Source: Vicugna vicugna (taxonomy: Eukaryota). From it: a DNA stretch of 64,000 nt. Of this stretch, positions 49,727 to 64,000 are shown piece after piece. The notes below the pieces were generated by a model. The model was given only the letters and a program-made list of their open reading frames with translations. It was not told the DNA's origin and ran no database searches. The DNA is taken from NCBI GenBank assembly GCA_013265495.1, contig MU058387.1, positions 434,001 to 498,000 of the forward strand, read 5' to 3'. The position numbers and the translations under genes were made by a program. How positions within the stretch are numbered: the stretch's first letter is position 1; each line of letters begins with the position of its first letter.

Positions 49727-51787
49727 TTACCACCGCTAGTCCTGACCAGCCCGCTTTGCTACGTTTCATTCAGCTCTGCTGTTAGACTTCTTCCAGAAGA
49801 AAGATACGGAGAGTGCACAGATCCTCAGTGTGAAGTGTGTTATTTGTAGTAACATCAACAATAGAAAGAAATATGTCCGTTGGAGGCTTGATCTCTGGAA
49901 AAATCATTTTAAAAAGAATCTAATAATTATTGCTTGTTCATATTGTGTAAGGGCTTGATCCCTAAGAAGATTTGAAGCTCATTTCACAATATAAGAGATC
50001 AGTAAATAAAAATGAAATGGCATGTTTAGCAACAATAAAAGCAACAATGAAATTCAATATGACAAGAGAAGTCCTGGAACCAAAAATACAGTAGGCATTT
50101 TTGAAAGTCTATTAAATGAAAATGAACGAGTACATGAATGAAGGAACAATTGGAGGGAAATTGACCAATCAGTGGTATAGATAATGCTATAGAATTCAGA
50201 GTAAAAAAATATTATTTTAGACTCCTAAGATTCCAGGAAGCTTTCTGGAAAAGGTAAAAAGTGAAATGGAAAAAAAAAACGCAAAGTATTTCAGGAGGAC
50301 AAGTTAAAATATGACATAATTATTCACATTTATTGTAGGACTAGTTTAGACTTGGCCAATATCTTGTCGTGTTCACTTATTTAATTAATGGAAAATGACC
50401 ATTTCATATTTGCATATAAGGAGACCTGAGCAGAGAATTAGAAAACGCAAAGACAGGGTTTTCAATCTACATTTTCTTAATTTTGTTTTTGAGCTAACAT
50501 ACTGTGGCAGAGCAAACATTCTAAAAACATCATTTGTCAAAGTTCAAAACAAAACCCTTCGAATATAAACCAATTGAGGGAGACAAGGAGACAGTAATGG
50601 GCCGATTGTTTCACTAAAAGTCACATTACACTGGTAGAGAAAGTCACTTCAAAGTGCTTAACGACCTTTGGCAAAATCACATCTTGAGTCACTTTTACTG
50701 ACGTGTGTGCCTCTGAACGCCGGAACGAAACTGAAATTTTATGGTTCTAGAAATGCCAAGTTTTACCTGCTAAACACCCCCACAACACACATCAATATAG
50801 TAAAGGAAGAGAGAAAAGCAAAAGATAAAAACAAAACAAAAAAATGCAGCCTAAAACATTGTTGCTGCTTTCCAGCTAATGGGCCTTATTTTGAGAAAAA
50901 GCAGCAAGTGTATCTTAAACTCGGCCACTATGTGTGTAGGGCAGATCACAAGGGTCAGAGCTGGAAAAAATGCCACTATGCTCTCCCCAGCTGTTTAGTC
51001 GAAGGTTTTAGATTCCCACCTCCTTCCCCTCCTTGAGAAAAAGAAAAAAAGCAACAAACAAAAACCCTGTTGGGGTGGAGCACACGGGCACGCAGGGATA
51101 GAGAAATTAAACTCCTAGACAGGGTATTTATGCTTTCCTTTCCAGGACTGAGGAGCTTTGATGACTTACTCCGTACTACACATTTTCATCACACAAAACA
51201 TCACTTACAGCACTTATGTGATTACCTAATTAAGTCATTAGACACAAAGGTGGTTGTCATGAGATAATTACATCCTGGGGATATAAAGAAAGAGGACCCA
51301 GCTTGAAATAGGAGCCCTTCCTATTACAAGGGCGCCTTCATTATGGAAACGGCATCCAAGCAGGCAGGTGGAGGAGATGGGAGCTGCGCGTTTCTCCAGC
51401 GACCCGGTTGGGGTTGGAGGTCAGATGGAAAAGCCCTTGACATCTAGATTTTTCTCGATTAGGTGGAGCCTGCCAACTGCTGCCAGGGCACCCACGGGAA
51501 TGTGTTCGCGCAGCTCACAATGCAGAGGGCTGCAGAGGGGCTCCAGAAAGATGAGAAACGCCAACCGCGGAGCTGAATACATTTGTTCCAACTTCCCTGG
51601 AGGTCTCATTGCTGATGAAATTAAACTTACGAAGAGGTACCTCTGCATGGCAAACTTAGCAGTCAAAGATGTTCTAACGTGGTTTTGAAAACTGTCAGAT
51701 CCTATCACTTGGTGGTAACTGAAAGGATAGAAATTTCCCCCTAAGTGTTTGTGTTAATCATATCATATATATATATCCACAAATTCA

Positions 51788-51788
<1 letters not shown>

Positions 51789-51822
<34 letters not shown>
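51789..51822. repeat. (TG)n microsatellite
   Basis: Directly visible. Confidence 0.95.
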
Positions 51823-51824
<2 letters not shown>

Positions 51825-52689
51825 AAGATGCTTATACAAGCATATCCAAATATACAGGCAGGAAGCATGAAGATACAGATGGGCCAACATTTCACAAAGT
51901 TATTCATGACTATAAAATTATAACCAATATATCAAAGAGTAACTTACCAATCACCAATTACATCATTAAAATATCTTAAATTCTATAACCTGCTTCCTGA
52001 GAATTTACAGGCATGAGCACAAACATTCTCACGTACATGCACATATTACACTCTACTCAGAGAAGCAGTGGGCATTCCTTTTTAAACAGATTTTCTGATA
52101 CTTGAGGTTTTATTTTCACAAAAATATACCTTAGGGACACCTAGATAGCAAATGCAACATGTTGTCACAAAAGAAATGAGAGTATAATAATAACCCAAAG
52201 CCATATTGCCTAGGTATTTAAGTGAGAATAATATTTTTGAATGAAGGGGATGATGAAAAAGAAAACATACAAAGGAAGAAAAAAAAAACCAGATGGCTAT
52301 TTAGATAGAGAAGTTATCTGCTTTGGGAAAAATGAAAAACGGAAAACTTGTTTAGTCCCCTCACTTTCTCTCTGGCTCCAGTTGCTTAAGATTCCTGAAA
52401 TGTTTACACTTCAAGTTGGAGACTCAATTATAGATTTTATAAATATTTTCTGAGTCCATTGTACATGAAGAAATAAAATTAAAAACACATACGTTTGATA
52501 GGTGGAGTCCGGTGGTGTAAAACTATCATCCACCAGAAAGCCAGCAGATCGAAGTTCTCAGTCAGGCTTTCTCCTACCAGCTTTGTGTTTGAAGAAAATC
52601 ACTTAATATTTCTTTAGTTTAGTTTCATAAATAGGTGGAAATAGTTCATTTAGATCTATCATTTTTCTTATGCACACACTACCCACCCC

Positions 52690-52734
52690 TCACACACATA
52701 CTATAACACACACACACACACACACAACACACAT
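52690..52734. repeat. (CA)n microsatellite
   Basis: Directly visible. Confidence 0.9.
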
Positions 52735-54179
52735 CATAAATCACCACTTCCCTTCCTAGCCAGCTAAAAATACAGGTAACCATCTATAAAATGTTCATGA
52801 GATTTTTTTGACTGACTTCTAAGTTTTGTTAGAATCGGCAATTAGCTACTCAATACAAACGCAGTAGGGTTACGATTCCGTGCTATTCCTCTCTGTGGTT
52901 CCCAGGTGCCTCCCTAATCCCATGCAAGGACCTGTGTCATGGATGACGACTGGGACAGACTCAGTAACGCTGTCTTTATCCTCAAGATTTTGCTGCCCGA
53001 CTAAGAGTCGTAAATGAACACACCATCCAGGAGAGCGTGTAACTGAAAGTTTTCAGAAATAACTTGAAGAAATTTACAATTTGGACAAGAAGAGAGAGAA
53101 AGAGGCTGTCCAGCAGTGGGGACATACAACAGTTTGAATGCAAGCACAAAAGTGGGAACGGGGCACAGATGGGGTAACATCTCAACCACAGAGTTGGAGC
53201 GTGGGAGGCCGTGATCGTCTGACTGGTCACGATAAGGGATCACCTGCTACTCTGTTCATTCTGATTTTACACCTAGTTTCTAACACGATATAAACACATT
53301 TGGCTTTACAATCTGCTTTTCATTGCAGGTGAAAATCCATGGAAGCTATTTTAAAGTACGGGTGAATTTGGGGAGCACACCACACCACACGGCTGAAGCC
53401 TTGGGGAAGTGACACCCTTTAGATGGTTAGTGGAAATCTAATCAGACCTGTGTTTCTGGAAAATGTTGATAAAACATGTTAAGATTCTTAAAAGTGTTCA
53501 TATCAATTTACTCAGTTAATTTTACATTTGGAATTATGGTCCTAAAGGGAAAAAAATGCAAATTACATACAAACGTTTTAAGTACAAAGATATTTTTGAT
53601 AGCAATTCTTATATTAGGTAAAAATAATGATAGCAATTTAAAATGTCCAATAATAGATATTGACTATGCAAATTATAATACAGCCACATGCTGAATATTA
53701 TATGAGCATTGAAAAATTTTATAAGTAATAGAGTGCACTTCCTTATCAATGAAATATATAGTAATTTTATGTGTGTTCACATGCCCACACCTATAGGAAA
53801 AGTCCTGAAATCATAAACATTTGCAATGCTGACAGCTATTAACTCTGGGAAGTGGAATAAAGAGATTCAAAGGAAGCATAACATTAGTTAGTTTGCCTGT
53901 GTTCCTTCCAAGGAGAAGTATTTTTAATAAATGACAGTTGCAATGAAAAAAAATTTATTTATTCATTTCTATATTTTTATTATTATTCCATAATAATAAT
54001 AAGTCCACACTATTTGGGCACTAAAGTTTTCTAAAACTAAGATTGTCAATTGAGGTGATATTTTTAATGTATCTTGTAGCATAAGAAAAACGTCACATTT
54101 TAATTTTAGGTGAAAAAATTACAAAATAGCAACTTCATTTCATTTGGCATTATTGACATTTTTCCTCCGTTCTGGCCTT

Positions 54180-55135
54180 TTAAAGGTCTCTCTTCCTAGA
54201 TGGCATGCTTCATTTTCTCCTACGAGCTTCTCAACTCTCTGCTCAGTCTCTCTGTTTCCAGAACTGGCCCTCGTTTCTCTGCCACTCCTTCAGATGAAGA
54301 TGTACCCTCAGTTCTGTTTGGCCCGTATCCCTTACTGCTCCGTGCCTTTCTCTCCGGAGTTCACCACTACTGAGGTTATAATTGTCACTTATACGTCAAG
54401 GAAGCTCTAAATTTTATCCTTAGCTAGACCTGCAAGATACTTCCTCATAGGTGATCTGCTCATCGACTTTGAGTTCGTCGGCGCACCCCAGAGATCTCAT
54501 CCTTCTTCGTCACTCCGTTCTTGGCCGTGGCTCCAATGTCTATAAGCTGAGCTAGAAACCTGGAAGCCATCACTGGTTTCTCTCCCCTTCACCCGTGCCC
54601 ACTTCTAATCAATCACCGGTTCTGCTGATTTTACCTCCCAGAGATTTCTGTAATCTGTCATCTCTTCTTAAATACAGTGGTTCTGAATCAGCTTATATCA
54701 CCACTTCCCTGAACCATTGCAACCAGCCCCAAAGTGGTTTATGTATGTGTCTCTAGCCTTGTTCCTTCTCAAATTCATTCTACGAGGATAGCGCAGAAGA
54801 CCATGCCTTAGCCATAAATCTGAATAATTCACTCCCTTACTTTAAATCCTTCAGCAGCCCCCTTCCCCCCACCGTGGCCTGTAGAATAAATTCCAAGCCC
54901 CTTAATGTAATTTACAGGGTCTTTCCTATCATGGCGCTTGCTTTCTGAGAATTTCATCTCAGGCTCAAACACAGAACAGCTTATACTTCTATTCACACAT
55001 CATGCTCCCCTCACAATTATATGACCCCTGCGCCTTAATATGCTTATCAACCTTTCCATCTCCAAGTCCATTTGGCTGATTCCTCCTTACCTGTTAAACC
55101 TACCTAAGATATCACCTTCTCCAGGAAGGGCTACT
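54180..55135. mobile_element. L2 LINE remnant
   Basis: agctagaaacctggaagccatc...aatcaatcaccggttctgctgattttacctcc...cactcccttactttaaatccttcag...atcaccttctccaggaag. Confidence 0.75.
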
Positions 55136-55486
55136 GACTCAGAAGGCAAGCCAGCGCTTAGGAGCTCCTGAGTCATGATTATGGAGTTTTCAGGACTTTT
55201 GTGAGCCAGAGTTAAACACAGCCATAAATAAAAATGAATTTTTAGATACACTTATGAGGAATTTTGTGTCCTCTTCCTTTCTCTCTCTTCATTAAGAACA
55301 TCCGTTTCTGAGGTCAAAGCAACCTATATGGAAATAGGCACATAATTACATCATCTCGGGCAACCACCCTATTTCTTTAAGCCTCACTCCTACGTCAATA
55401 AAATTGGGAAGCTAATACCTATTTTAAAGTTTGACTTGGAAGTTTAAATAATAATACCCATTAAAACAGCTTAGCATAGAGTCTTC

Positions 55487-55608
55487 TTAAGTTTATTTTT
55501 TCGGGGGGGAATTAGGTTGATTTACTTATTTATTTTTGGAGGAGGTACTGGGGATTGAACCCGGGACCTTGTGCGTGTTAAGCATATGCTCTATATTCTC
55601 TCCCCTCC
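55487..55608 (-). mobile_element. tRNA-derived camelid Vic-1-type SINE inserted in a MIR
   Basis: Antisense ggaggtactggggattgaacccgggaccttgtgcgtgttaagcatatgctct. Imperfect target-site duplication atagagtctt/acagtgtctt; MIR sequence on both sides. Confidence 0.85.
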
Positions 55609-58600
55609 ACAGTGTCTTAAATATAGTCAATGTAAACTAATAAAAGGCGGCTGGTAGAAGGGCTGGTAGCTGTGTTTAGCTGAAGGAGCAGCAGCAATGA
55701 GTAGTAACAGTGAAGTTCATGGATGTAGATTAACAGCAATAGAAAGTCTTCTGTCTCTCAGGCTGCTGGCATTTACTATCGTATAGTTCAACAATCTGCC
55801 TCTTCTTCCCTACTTATACCCATAATGTCTGTCATATATATATACTTTTATCTCATTTAATTTTCTCTGCCCTCTAGTTTTTTTCTTCCCCTTCTTTTCC
55901 AATTGGGAAATCTCCAATACCATTCCATGTGCCCCAACCCCTAATCCTTTCTTTCAACCTTTCCCTTCATTTCCTTGGTCCTAGAGAGCTCTCGCCACCC
56001 CTCCAGAAACATCTCCAACAGGAATAGTCTTCGGTGCAAAATGAATTGGAAAGTTGAAAATACGACCTGTGTCAGCTTGACTCTGATCACGCACATCAGC
56101 AACAAAGGGAACAAGGTTAATATTTTTTCTTATTATTTGACATTAAGGTTTCTTTTCAGACAGCAACCTTGTGTCTGTAAGTAATGAGCTCGAATGCTTT
56201 TAAGCAACCTGATGATAATCTATCAAAGCGACTGTGTGGGAGTTGGCAATGAAGAACTACACAAACATTAAAAAATATGGAAGTGTATAGCTTTCTGTAT
56301 ATTAATACTATAATTGATGAGGTAGATTTTGAACAAGTAGAGAGCTGGGTTACTCTATTTATCATGGGATATTTAAAATTTTAATTCCTCACTAAAAGTC
56401 AAGTATAATACATGACACTTAAAGAAACAGTGAACGATTTGTTGTTATTTTTTCTTTTTAACTGAAGGCTTGGAGAGAACGTCTCTTCCACTGCCAACTT
56501 CATCTGGTGGATGCGTTCATTTCAAGCTCCCTATTTTATGCCTCAGTCTGTGTTGTACATCCAGTAGTGGCTCCTTACCTTATGTAGCCAAATGTAATCC
56601 CAAGTAATGACAGGATACACAGAATTAAATCAAAATAGAAAATAAGAGAAAGCACTTGTCTTCCACATAAGGAGAAATGGCTGGGGGAGGGAAAGAAGAG
56701 TCCAGGGCAAAAGCTGGTGTAATTATGTCAAGAAATGAGGAGGAGGACTTATTCAGCACTTTCTCTATGTCATAGTCATTGAACTGGCTTATTTACAAAT
56801 AATATCTTACATAACCCTGCCTCCAAAGAAATGAGATGTGGAAATATTCTTCTCCTTTAATAGGTGTGAAAATTGAGTCTCAGAATGATTAAACAGCCCG
56901 AGGTCACCAAAACTATATGAGAGTTTTAGTTTGAATCCAAATTTGTTTAGAAACCATTTTGAATATGTCTAAAACTATCCCATAAACAAATGAAATATTC
57001 CTCAGAAAACAGTCCTACCACATGTCTACCTCAACAACAACAAGAAAAAATGGAAATGTTTGAATGAAAAAAGAAATAAGACCACAAGGCAACAGAACAG
57101 CACTTTCCAAATTAAGACCATCTTGGAGAACGTGAATAATCCCTGTGTTGTTTTCCAAAAACAACAAACAAACAAAGAAACAAAAACCAAGCATGCTGGA
57201 AGAAAAGCACATTCAGGACTTGATGAAGGAATAATTCAATATTCTTCTAACCCCTCCAATCAATTTTTCCGTGAGGTTCACATGTCCTCCAAATATAGTA
57301 TTATTTCTACTTACACATCACATTCATGTCATTGCTGGTATCCGGTCAAAAACAAAACAAAACAAAAAAATCAGAAACAAAGCAACTATTAACTCACAGG
57401 GGGAAAAAAAAAAAGAACACCTGAAATTTTAGGATTTATTTGAATGCAATTCAAATCGGAAATATATCAAGGTTTGCCTTTATCTTAAGTCCTGATTTTG
57501 ACTGTTTGACTTTTCTGCACTTTAGAAAAAGTCAGAATGGATGCCAATTTTCTTTTTTTTAATGTCTGGTAAAACTTAGGAGAAAATCCATGTTGTTTAT
57601 AAAAGTAATTGAGCAGCAGATAAGGAGGCTACACTGATTCAAACCAGAGTCCCCAAATTTTGTTGAGCAAGAGAAAAATATGGGAAAATCACGGATTTTG
57701 ACTGAAGATCGTATATTTTAATTTTTGGAATATCGATTCATTGCAAATGAAAACAGAAGTCCCATTTTCTCCAGCTCCAACTATAATGGTTTCCCACAAA
57801 GACTCTGGGACCATATTAACATCTTCTATCTTATGTAAATTAGAAGTTAATGAACACAAAAACCATTAGTCTTCACTTATGTTCTATAATTGAATCGATG
57901 CCATTGATTTCAAAGTGTAGAAGCATTCCACGTTTCAGCAAAGCATACAGAGGCTTTTAAGACTCTGACTTAGCTCCAGAAACAAGCCCATCAGGTTGAT
58001 CAGAATCCCCAGAAGAAATGAAACACAGCATTTACTGTGCTCAGGATTCTACATTCATGACACGAAACCCTGTTTTTTTCCGTAACCTCAGTCCTGACCT
58101 AGTGGAGAAGAGAGTGAGGTACGCAAAACAGAATATAATGAGGTTTGCATGTTCAAATGACATCTCTTCTGCCGTAAAATCACAAACACACCTACACACC
58201 AACACAGAGACAGCTGTACAGAGACTGGAACATAGTCAATAACGTACATAAAACAAGTTGAACTTTCATCTGAGTCTGAGGAGAAATGGTATGAAATCAC
58301 GTTCAGCGGGGACCCAGTGAGTCTTTCTGAACCATGGTGCTTTCTGCTCCCCGCTGGGACTTGTGGGAGCCCTGCACTTACCTCACAGCGGTACGAACCA
58401 TGTGGTCACATCCTATAAAGTCATCACTCGCTAAGGTCATCAGATTTATGGAGCAAAGGCCAAGAAGTCTTCTTGCTGAAGTCTTCCAGCGGCAAGTCAA
58501 CAGCACTGCACCACCCATTTGGTTAGGAAAAAAGAGACTGACAGTGTCCCATTTCTGAACAATGGTTTATACTGAATTAAGACTCACTTTAATGAAAAAA

Positions 58601-60689
58601 ACCCTGCTTAATTGGATTTGTAGTTTTCTCTTTTAATAGATGCCATTGATTTTCCCAAACAGGTCCGCTTTCTCTGAAGTTTAATTATCAAGAACCAGCA
58701 GTTCACAATTTTAACCATCGTCATCGGATTGGAATTTTAGTCACCTTTTTTTTTTTCCCTTTTTCCCCACCATGTAGTCACTGAGGAGTCTAAAGGGAAC
58801 AGTGAGTTAAATTTATGGAATTTGACCATCTGGCCATCTCAAAAACAACTATAAATTCAAGAATCTATTCAGTAAATAGCTTCTGTATATTCTACAATAT
58901 TTGCAATAAAAACTGATGAAAAGGAGAATTTAAAAAATCAAAGTATTTCTGGAGGAAAGATCTACACTAATCCATTAATAAGAATCATATATGTCACACA
59001 TTTTTTTTTCTCTTTTAACTGTTTTTATTTATTGTGATGTTTCAACAATGCCAATGGTTCAGTACTCATTTTGTCCTGGTAAGAGTCTACACTTGAAGCC
59101 AGTAGCTACAAGGGCTTCCCGAAATTTTGAAAAGTATGGTGCAGGGATAATCTACAAAGTTATGTCAAATATACGCCCCCAGCACAAAAGGAAAGCATTG
59201 CTACTATAGCTCTGCCCATGCGTTTCTGACAATGGCCGGGACATTCACATACACTCTGAACACAAGTGTCCCCACGCTGAGATGCCCTCAGGCCCGCCCA
59301 ACTGTTCAGTCCCTGGTATTCGTTACAGGGATACAAGGCTGCACCGCTCAGATTTAAGTCGCACGTTGCTTTTTTCCTTTCATTTCTGGGCAGCCGCCCA
59401 AAGCCACACAGCAGGTGCTGTCTCGGGAATGTCACCATCTAATAAAAGGATCGTAACATAACACAGAGACAATGGAGTTCTCTTTGGATGCACTTGGCTT
59501 TTCTTGACAGAGTGCATTCCTAATAAGAAAGTGTCTCAAAGCTCAAGGCAGAACAGTATATACATGTTATCATTCAAAACTGAAAAAAACAAACAAACAA
59601 AAAACCCCCACACACTCATACGAGTTTCGCTCGGGCAATGAACTCCAGTGCTGGGGACAGGAGTTCAGAAAGCATTGCCCGTGGCTGCCCTGCACAATGT
59701 TGAAGGAGGAAGGTTTAGGCAGAGTTCTCCAAAAGGCAGTGTTTCACATTCCTCTGGTGCTCCACAGAATGACACATTAATTGCTTTCCTAAGTGGGTTA
59801 CGTGGGAACGATATGAAGAAAAAGCCGTTTTCAGGAAGTGTGAGTGATTTCAGTGATTCAGTTCAATTCAGGTGATTCCAGGGAGCAAGAGGGCAGAAAC
59901 GTTAAATTACGAAAACGAAAGGAATCAGAAGCAGGGCAGTGACATCCCTGAGATGAAACGCCGGTACTTTGGAATCTAGAAGCTTTGGGTTTAAGGACTA
60001 GACCTTGGGTCTGTCGATGCCACGCTTGCCTGAAAAACCACGAGGTTCACATTTTTATGATATTCTTCTTGGGACGATGATTTGAAAACAGAATGTGAAT
60101 GTCCCGAGAAAAAATAACTAGTTGGAGTGTTTGTCTTAGGAATAGACACTGTGTTCTAGCAAACTGTATGAGCACACGCATACCAGACACAGATTATACT
60201 CAAAGAGAGGGCTTTTATTTGCACTCGAAAAACTGGCCTGAACTGTTCCATCTTTTCTTGGCTGTCTTTGGGAGAAGATCCTCGTTGGGTCTGGGTCAAG
60301 GGCATAGCAAATGATTCACTAATAGCTCTCACTATAAGAGAGATATTTTTACGTGGATTCAGATACGTCTCAGGTCAGATCATGCCCCTCTCAAGGCATT
60401 ACTATTTCATGCCATCAGAGATTTCAGAACATCAGTTATGGGAATTGAGCAGGTAATATTCCTAATGGAATAATGTCATCATTACCTTTTAAGCTCGTAT
60501 GAGTTGCATCCCCAGAGTTACTCTTCCCTCTTGCAGTGGGTAAAAATTATAACACGTTAAACATTGCAGCGTGCTTTTGGGATAGCCAGCCTCTTGAGTG
60601 TCTGCCCTGCAGCTGTCTCTCATGTTCTGATCCTCATCTCCAGCTAGGGTTGGTGAAAAGACAGAGCACCTGCTCTTCTCTAAGACATC

Positions 60690-60850
60690 GTATTCAATAG
60701 CTCACAGATCCTTTCAACCTGGGAAAATAATTGATTTTATATTTTTAGATGAAGAAGCTTAAGAGCAGAGCAGGTCACAATGGACAGGTAGAGAACTAGG
60801 ATTTGAATCTGGGCCTATCTGATGCAGAAGCTCATCTTTTCTGCCTTATT
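60690..60850 (-). mobile_element. MIR SINE
   Basis: ttttagatgaagaagcttaagagcagag...ctaggatttgaatctgggcctatctgatgcagaagc. Confidence 0.7.
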
Positions 60851-63168
60851 GGACACTTCCCTTTAGCAGAAAATGTGTACACTCAGTGTCTCTCCTTAAC
60901 CTACTAGTTGTCCTAAACAGTACTCGTCACTTAAATGCATATCTTCTTTCGAATTTTTTTTTTTAACGAAACGAAGCTGAATAAAACGCAGTGTCAAATA
61001 AATCTCAGAAGGTTTAGGGAGTGAATGGAAGTGGAACTCTTGCCAAATTTAACAGCCCACTCTAAACCTTCTGGGCAGTAAGTTTACAGCGCAGATTGAG
61101 TCTTTTAAGATTCAAGATTCCTTGTATCTGACAAGCTGTGCTGTCCCATATAGTAGAAAGGAACATAAAAGAATTCTTTGCACATCAAAGGGCTCATAAA
61201 CAGGACCATATCAGGTAATTTTGTACCTATTATATGTACTCTGTAAAGGCTTTTAAATGTGATGTCACCCATGCAATGGGTCTGCACAATGCTTTTTTCT
61301 TCTCAATCATTTCTTACTGGAAATTTCATCACTTTGCTTATCCATAAATATTCTCCTTAAAAAAAAAACCAACATATAAGCAGAATGGAGATAAACGAAT
61401 TAAGAAGCAAAAAGGTAATTGTAGTTTACAAAGAGATGGAACACATTTATAAGGAGCTGGTAGGATGTATTTTTTTTATTTTATGAAAGATATCGATAAA
61501 CCCCAAACTCAGCCCATCCTCTCCTTGCTCAGTATTTAAATTTGGATGGTGGTTTAATTTCAGCTACTTTTCTTTTTACACTCTTTGGTTTGACAAACTG
61601 GGCTTTGTGTCCTATGAAAACAGCTTTTCTCGAGAGCTTTCTGGTACTTTCTGATTCTGGTTGGACTGGAAATACCACAAAAACAACTTTCCTTATGGTA
61701 TTTTGGCACTTCGACCATCAGGACCAGATGGTACACAGAAGTGCAGAGGAAGCACTGAATATGAATAATGATACATTTTAAAAAATCATCCCCTCTTCTC
61801 TAACTTTATTGCATTTCAGATGAAGGTTCATGCCAATTTACACTCTGATCTGAACACATTTATCCACTTTCAATGCAGGAAAACTGGATGGTGGGGCTGG
61901 AGAACGATTTGGATTTAGAAGCTTTCTTACTCTTGGTTTTGCCCCATGAAACTCAATTCCCCACAATTTTTTAAAGACAAGGAAACAGACCCTTAAAATG
62001 TGGTCCTCAGAAGAAAGGGTAGGAAAGACTGCAGAGGCAGTACTAAATATGTCAATCAAACGCGAATAGCAAGAAAAAGTATCGTCTTCATCTACCAAGA
62101 ACAACCATGGCGTGACTGTAGGGGAACATTGAATTTGGTCACAAATGTGCCCAACAAATGCTCGGTGCAATGTATGCTGAGTTATCAAAAGTGAAATGTA
62201 ATTCAGATCGTAAATGTGATGTGTTATTTTTACACAAAGGAGGTTGAAATGTTGGATTGGACACCACTGTTTGATTTTGTTTGTACACGTTCCTCACCAT
62301 GTCTGTCTCAGGATATGCATTCTGGGGAAGTAAGAAAGATTCAAAAGTGACATTCTTTCTAAACCATTTTTAAAAAATAATGGAGAAAAGTCCAAATTTA
62401 ACCTCCTGTCCTGTTCTCACCTCTGATGGGAGTGTTAAAAAGAAATAAAGTAGCTGGTAGTTAGGAAACAAGACATAAGCCGCAATTAAGCCAAAACAAA
62501 AATCAAACAGAAGAGTGAGACTGGATATTCTAAACGACTTTAAAAAAAAAAGTGTTGCTTGAAACATTGGATTCACTAGATGTTAATAGCTTTGACACGT
62601 GCTGGGATAAATAAAACAAAGTTGGACTGCATTGGTTTCTTTTAACAATTGTATTGAGATGCTTTAAGAGAATGATAAACTGGGTAGGTTTTCCAAGTAC
62701 TGTGTGTCCTCGGAACCTTCTTTCTTAGGGAGTACCTTGCGAAACGAATGCCCCAAGTTTTAAGAATTAGAAGGACAACCAACTTTTAAAGATTCTGGGT
62801 TCACCATCCTATTTTCACACAGCCCCAGAGTTAAAAGCCACATGTGTAGACTCTTAGCAGAGTAAGAAAAGTTCTTCACTTAGTACAGGGTCAATACTGT
62901 TTCAATAAGATATTTTTAAAATATCCAAATTCAAAATTAAATGTGAAAGGAGCCGTTACCTCATATTCTGTCAGAGATCTGAGAATCAGAGCACAGACTA
63001 GACATCGGAAATTCACCCATCCCATGTATTAACAATAAAAGTAAAGATGATCCCAAGTGCCATTGCTATATTATATTAGCTCATTTGATCTTTGATGGTT
63101 ACTTTTGATAGTCAGTGCTGGTCCTCAATGTTTCAGTTACTTAATACTTCTTCTATAAACAGATTCCT

Positions 63169-63169
63169 C

Positions 63170-63206
<37 letters not shown>
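63169..63206. repeat. (TG)n microsatellite
   Basis: Directly visible. Confidence 0.95.
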
Positions 63207-64000
63207 CTGTTTAACTCTTTGGTATGTTGAAGAAAAAGTAAAAGCAATCTTAAATAAAACTTTCTAATAGAGATGGGGAAATTCCTAGGTTTCCTTGTAG
63301 TAATCTTTATTGTGACAAAACAGATCTTTAATTAACAGAGATTATCAAAAGTGAATGAATGCCTAAAGAAAAAAAAATCACTTTGAGATTGTACTTTTAA
63401 TTTTGTATCACAGAGAACTAACAACGTACATATTCCTAATGGCCCAAGATACACCAGTAGAAACGCAACTGACTACCCAAAAATAAAAATAAATCTTTAG
63501 AGAGTCTTAATCTCATAAAAAAGAGAATCTAGTACCATCTCCATTGATGTTTTGATATAGAAGACGTTTTATTATGGATACCTGGAAATAAAATATTTAA
63601 TTGCTTCAGACGAGCTCTGGTGAAATGATTTGAAGACTATTTGACTCAAAACAAAAATTTAAAAGTGGAGAGCTTATCCTTAAAAACCTTATTAAAAATA
63701 AAATTTTTATTTCAAGTATAAATTAGTTTAGTAAAATGGTTATTTTGTATTAGCAACTTTCCGAAACGATTTAAATACTAAAAAATAACTAGTAAGGCTT
63801 TGTAAGATTCTGTTCAAGGAAGGAAAATTCATTATATGAGACAGTCATGTATTCAGTGACCTTAAGAACAACCTCTTGATGGATATGTCCAAAGGTACAT
63901 GATGAGACATGAGGAAACTTTGGGGTCTCATTTTCTTGTTAATAGGGAATATGGTTAAGTGCTTGAGAAATCTAAAACGAGGCTCTCAACTTCAGAACTG

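Noticed and set aside
50668..62576. Numerous 60-120-aa ORFs in the right third of the window
   Set aside because: No protein-like motifs, no consistent splice chain and no recognisable homology; expected by chance.

Overview
AT-rich mammalian genomic DNA, very likely camelid: two tRNA-derived SINEs match the camelid Vic-1 type, and young L1 3' ends are present. No intact protein-coding gene is visible; the long ORFs in the six-frame track are L1 ORF2 fragments or noise. The main result is that the left ~36 kb of the minus strand carries an ordered series of about 18 spliceosomal-type exon remnants, many with intact AG/GT sites but full of frameshifts and stops. Their translations line up, in the correct N-to-C order, with my recollection of human TTC6, including the start of its TPR region. 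Similarity is only at motif level, which points to an ancient, unprocessed (unitary-type) pseudogene of a TTC6 paralog that continues past the left edge. Five of its exons also splice into a continuous 118-codon ORF that is largely outside the TTC6-matching frame. The rest is repeat-rich intronic or intergenic DNA (L1, L2, MIR, CR1/L3, MER20, MER5A, MER44, LTRs, microsatellites) with a few candidate regulatory elements. All homology calls are by eye from remembered sequences; no searches were run.
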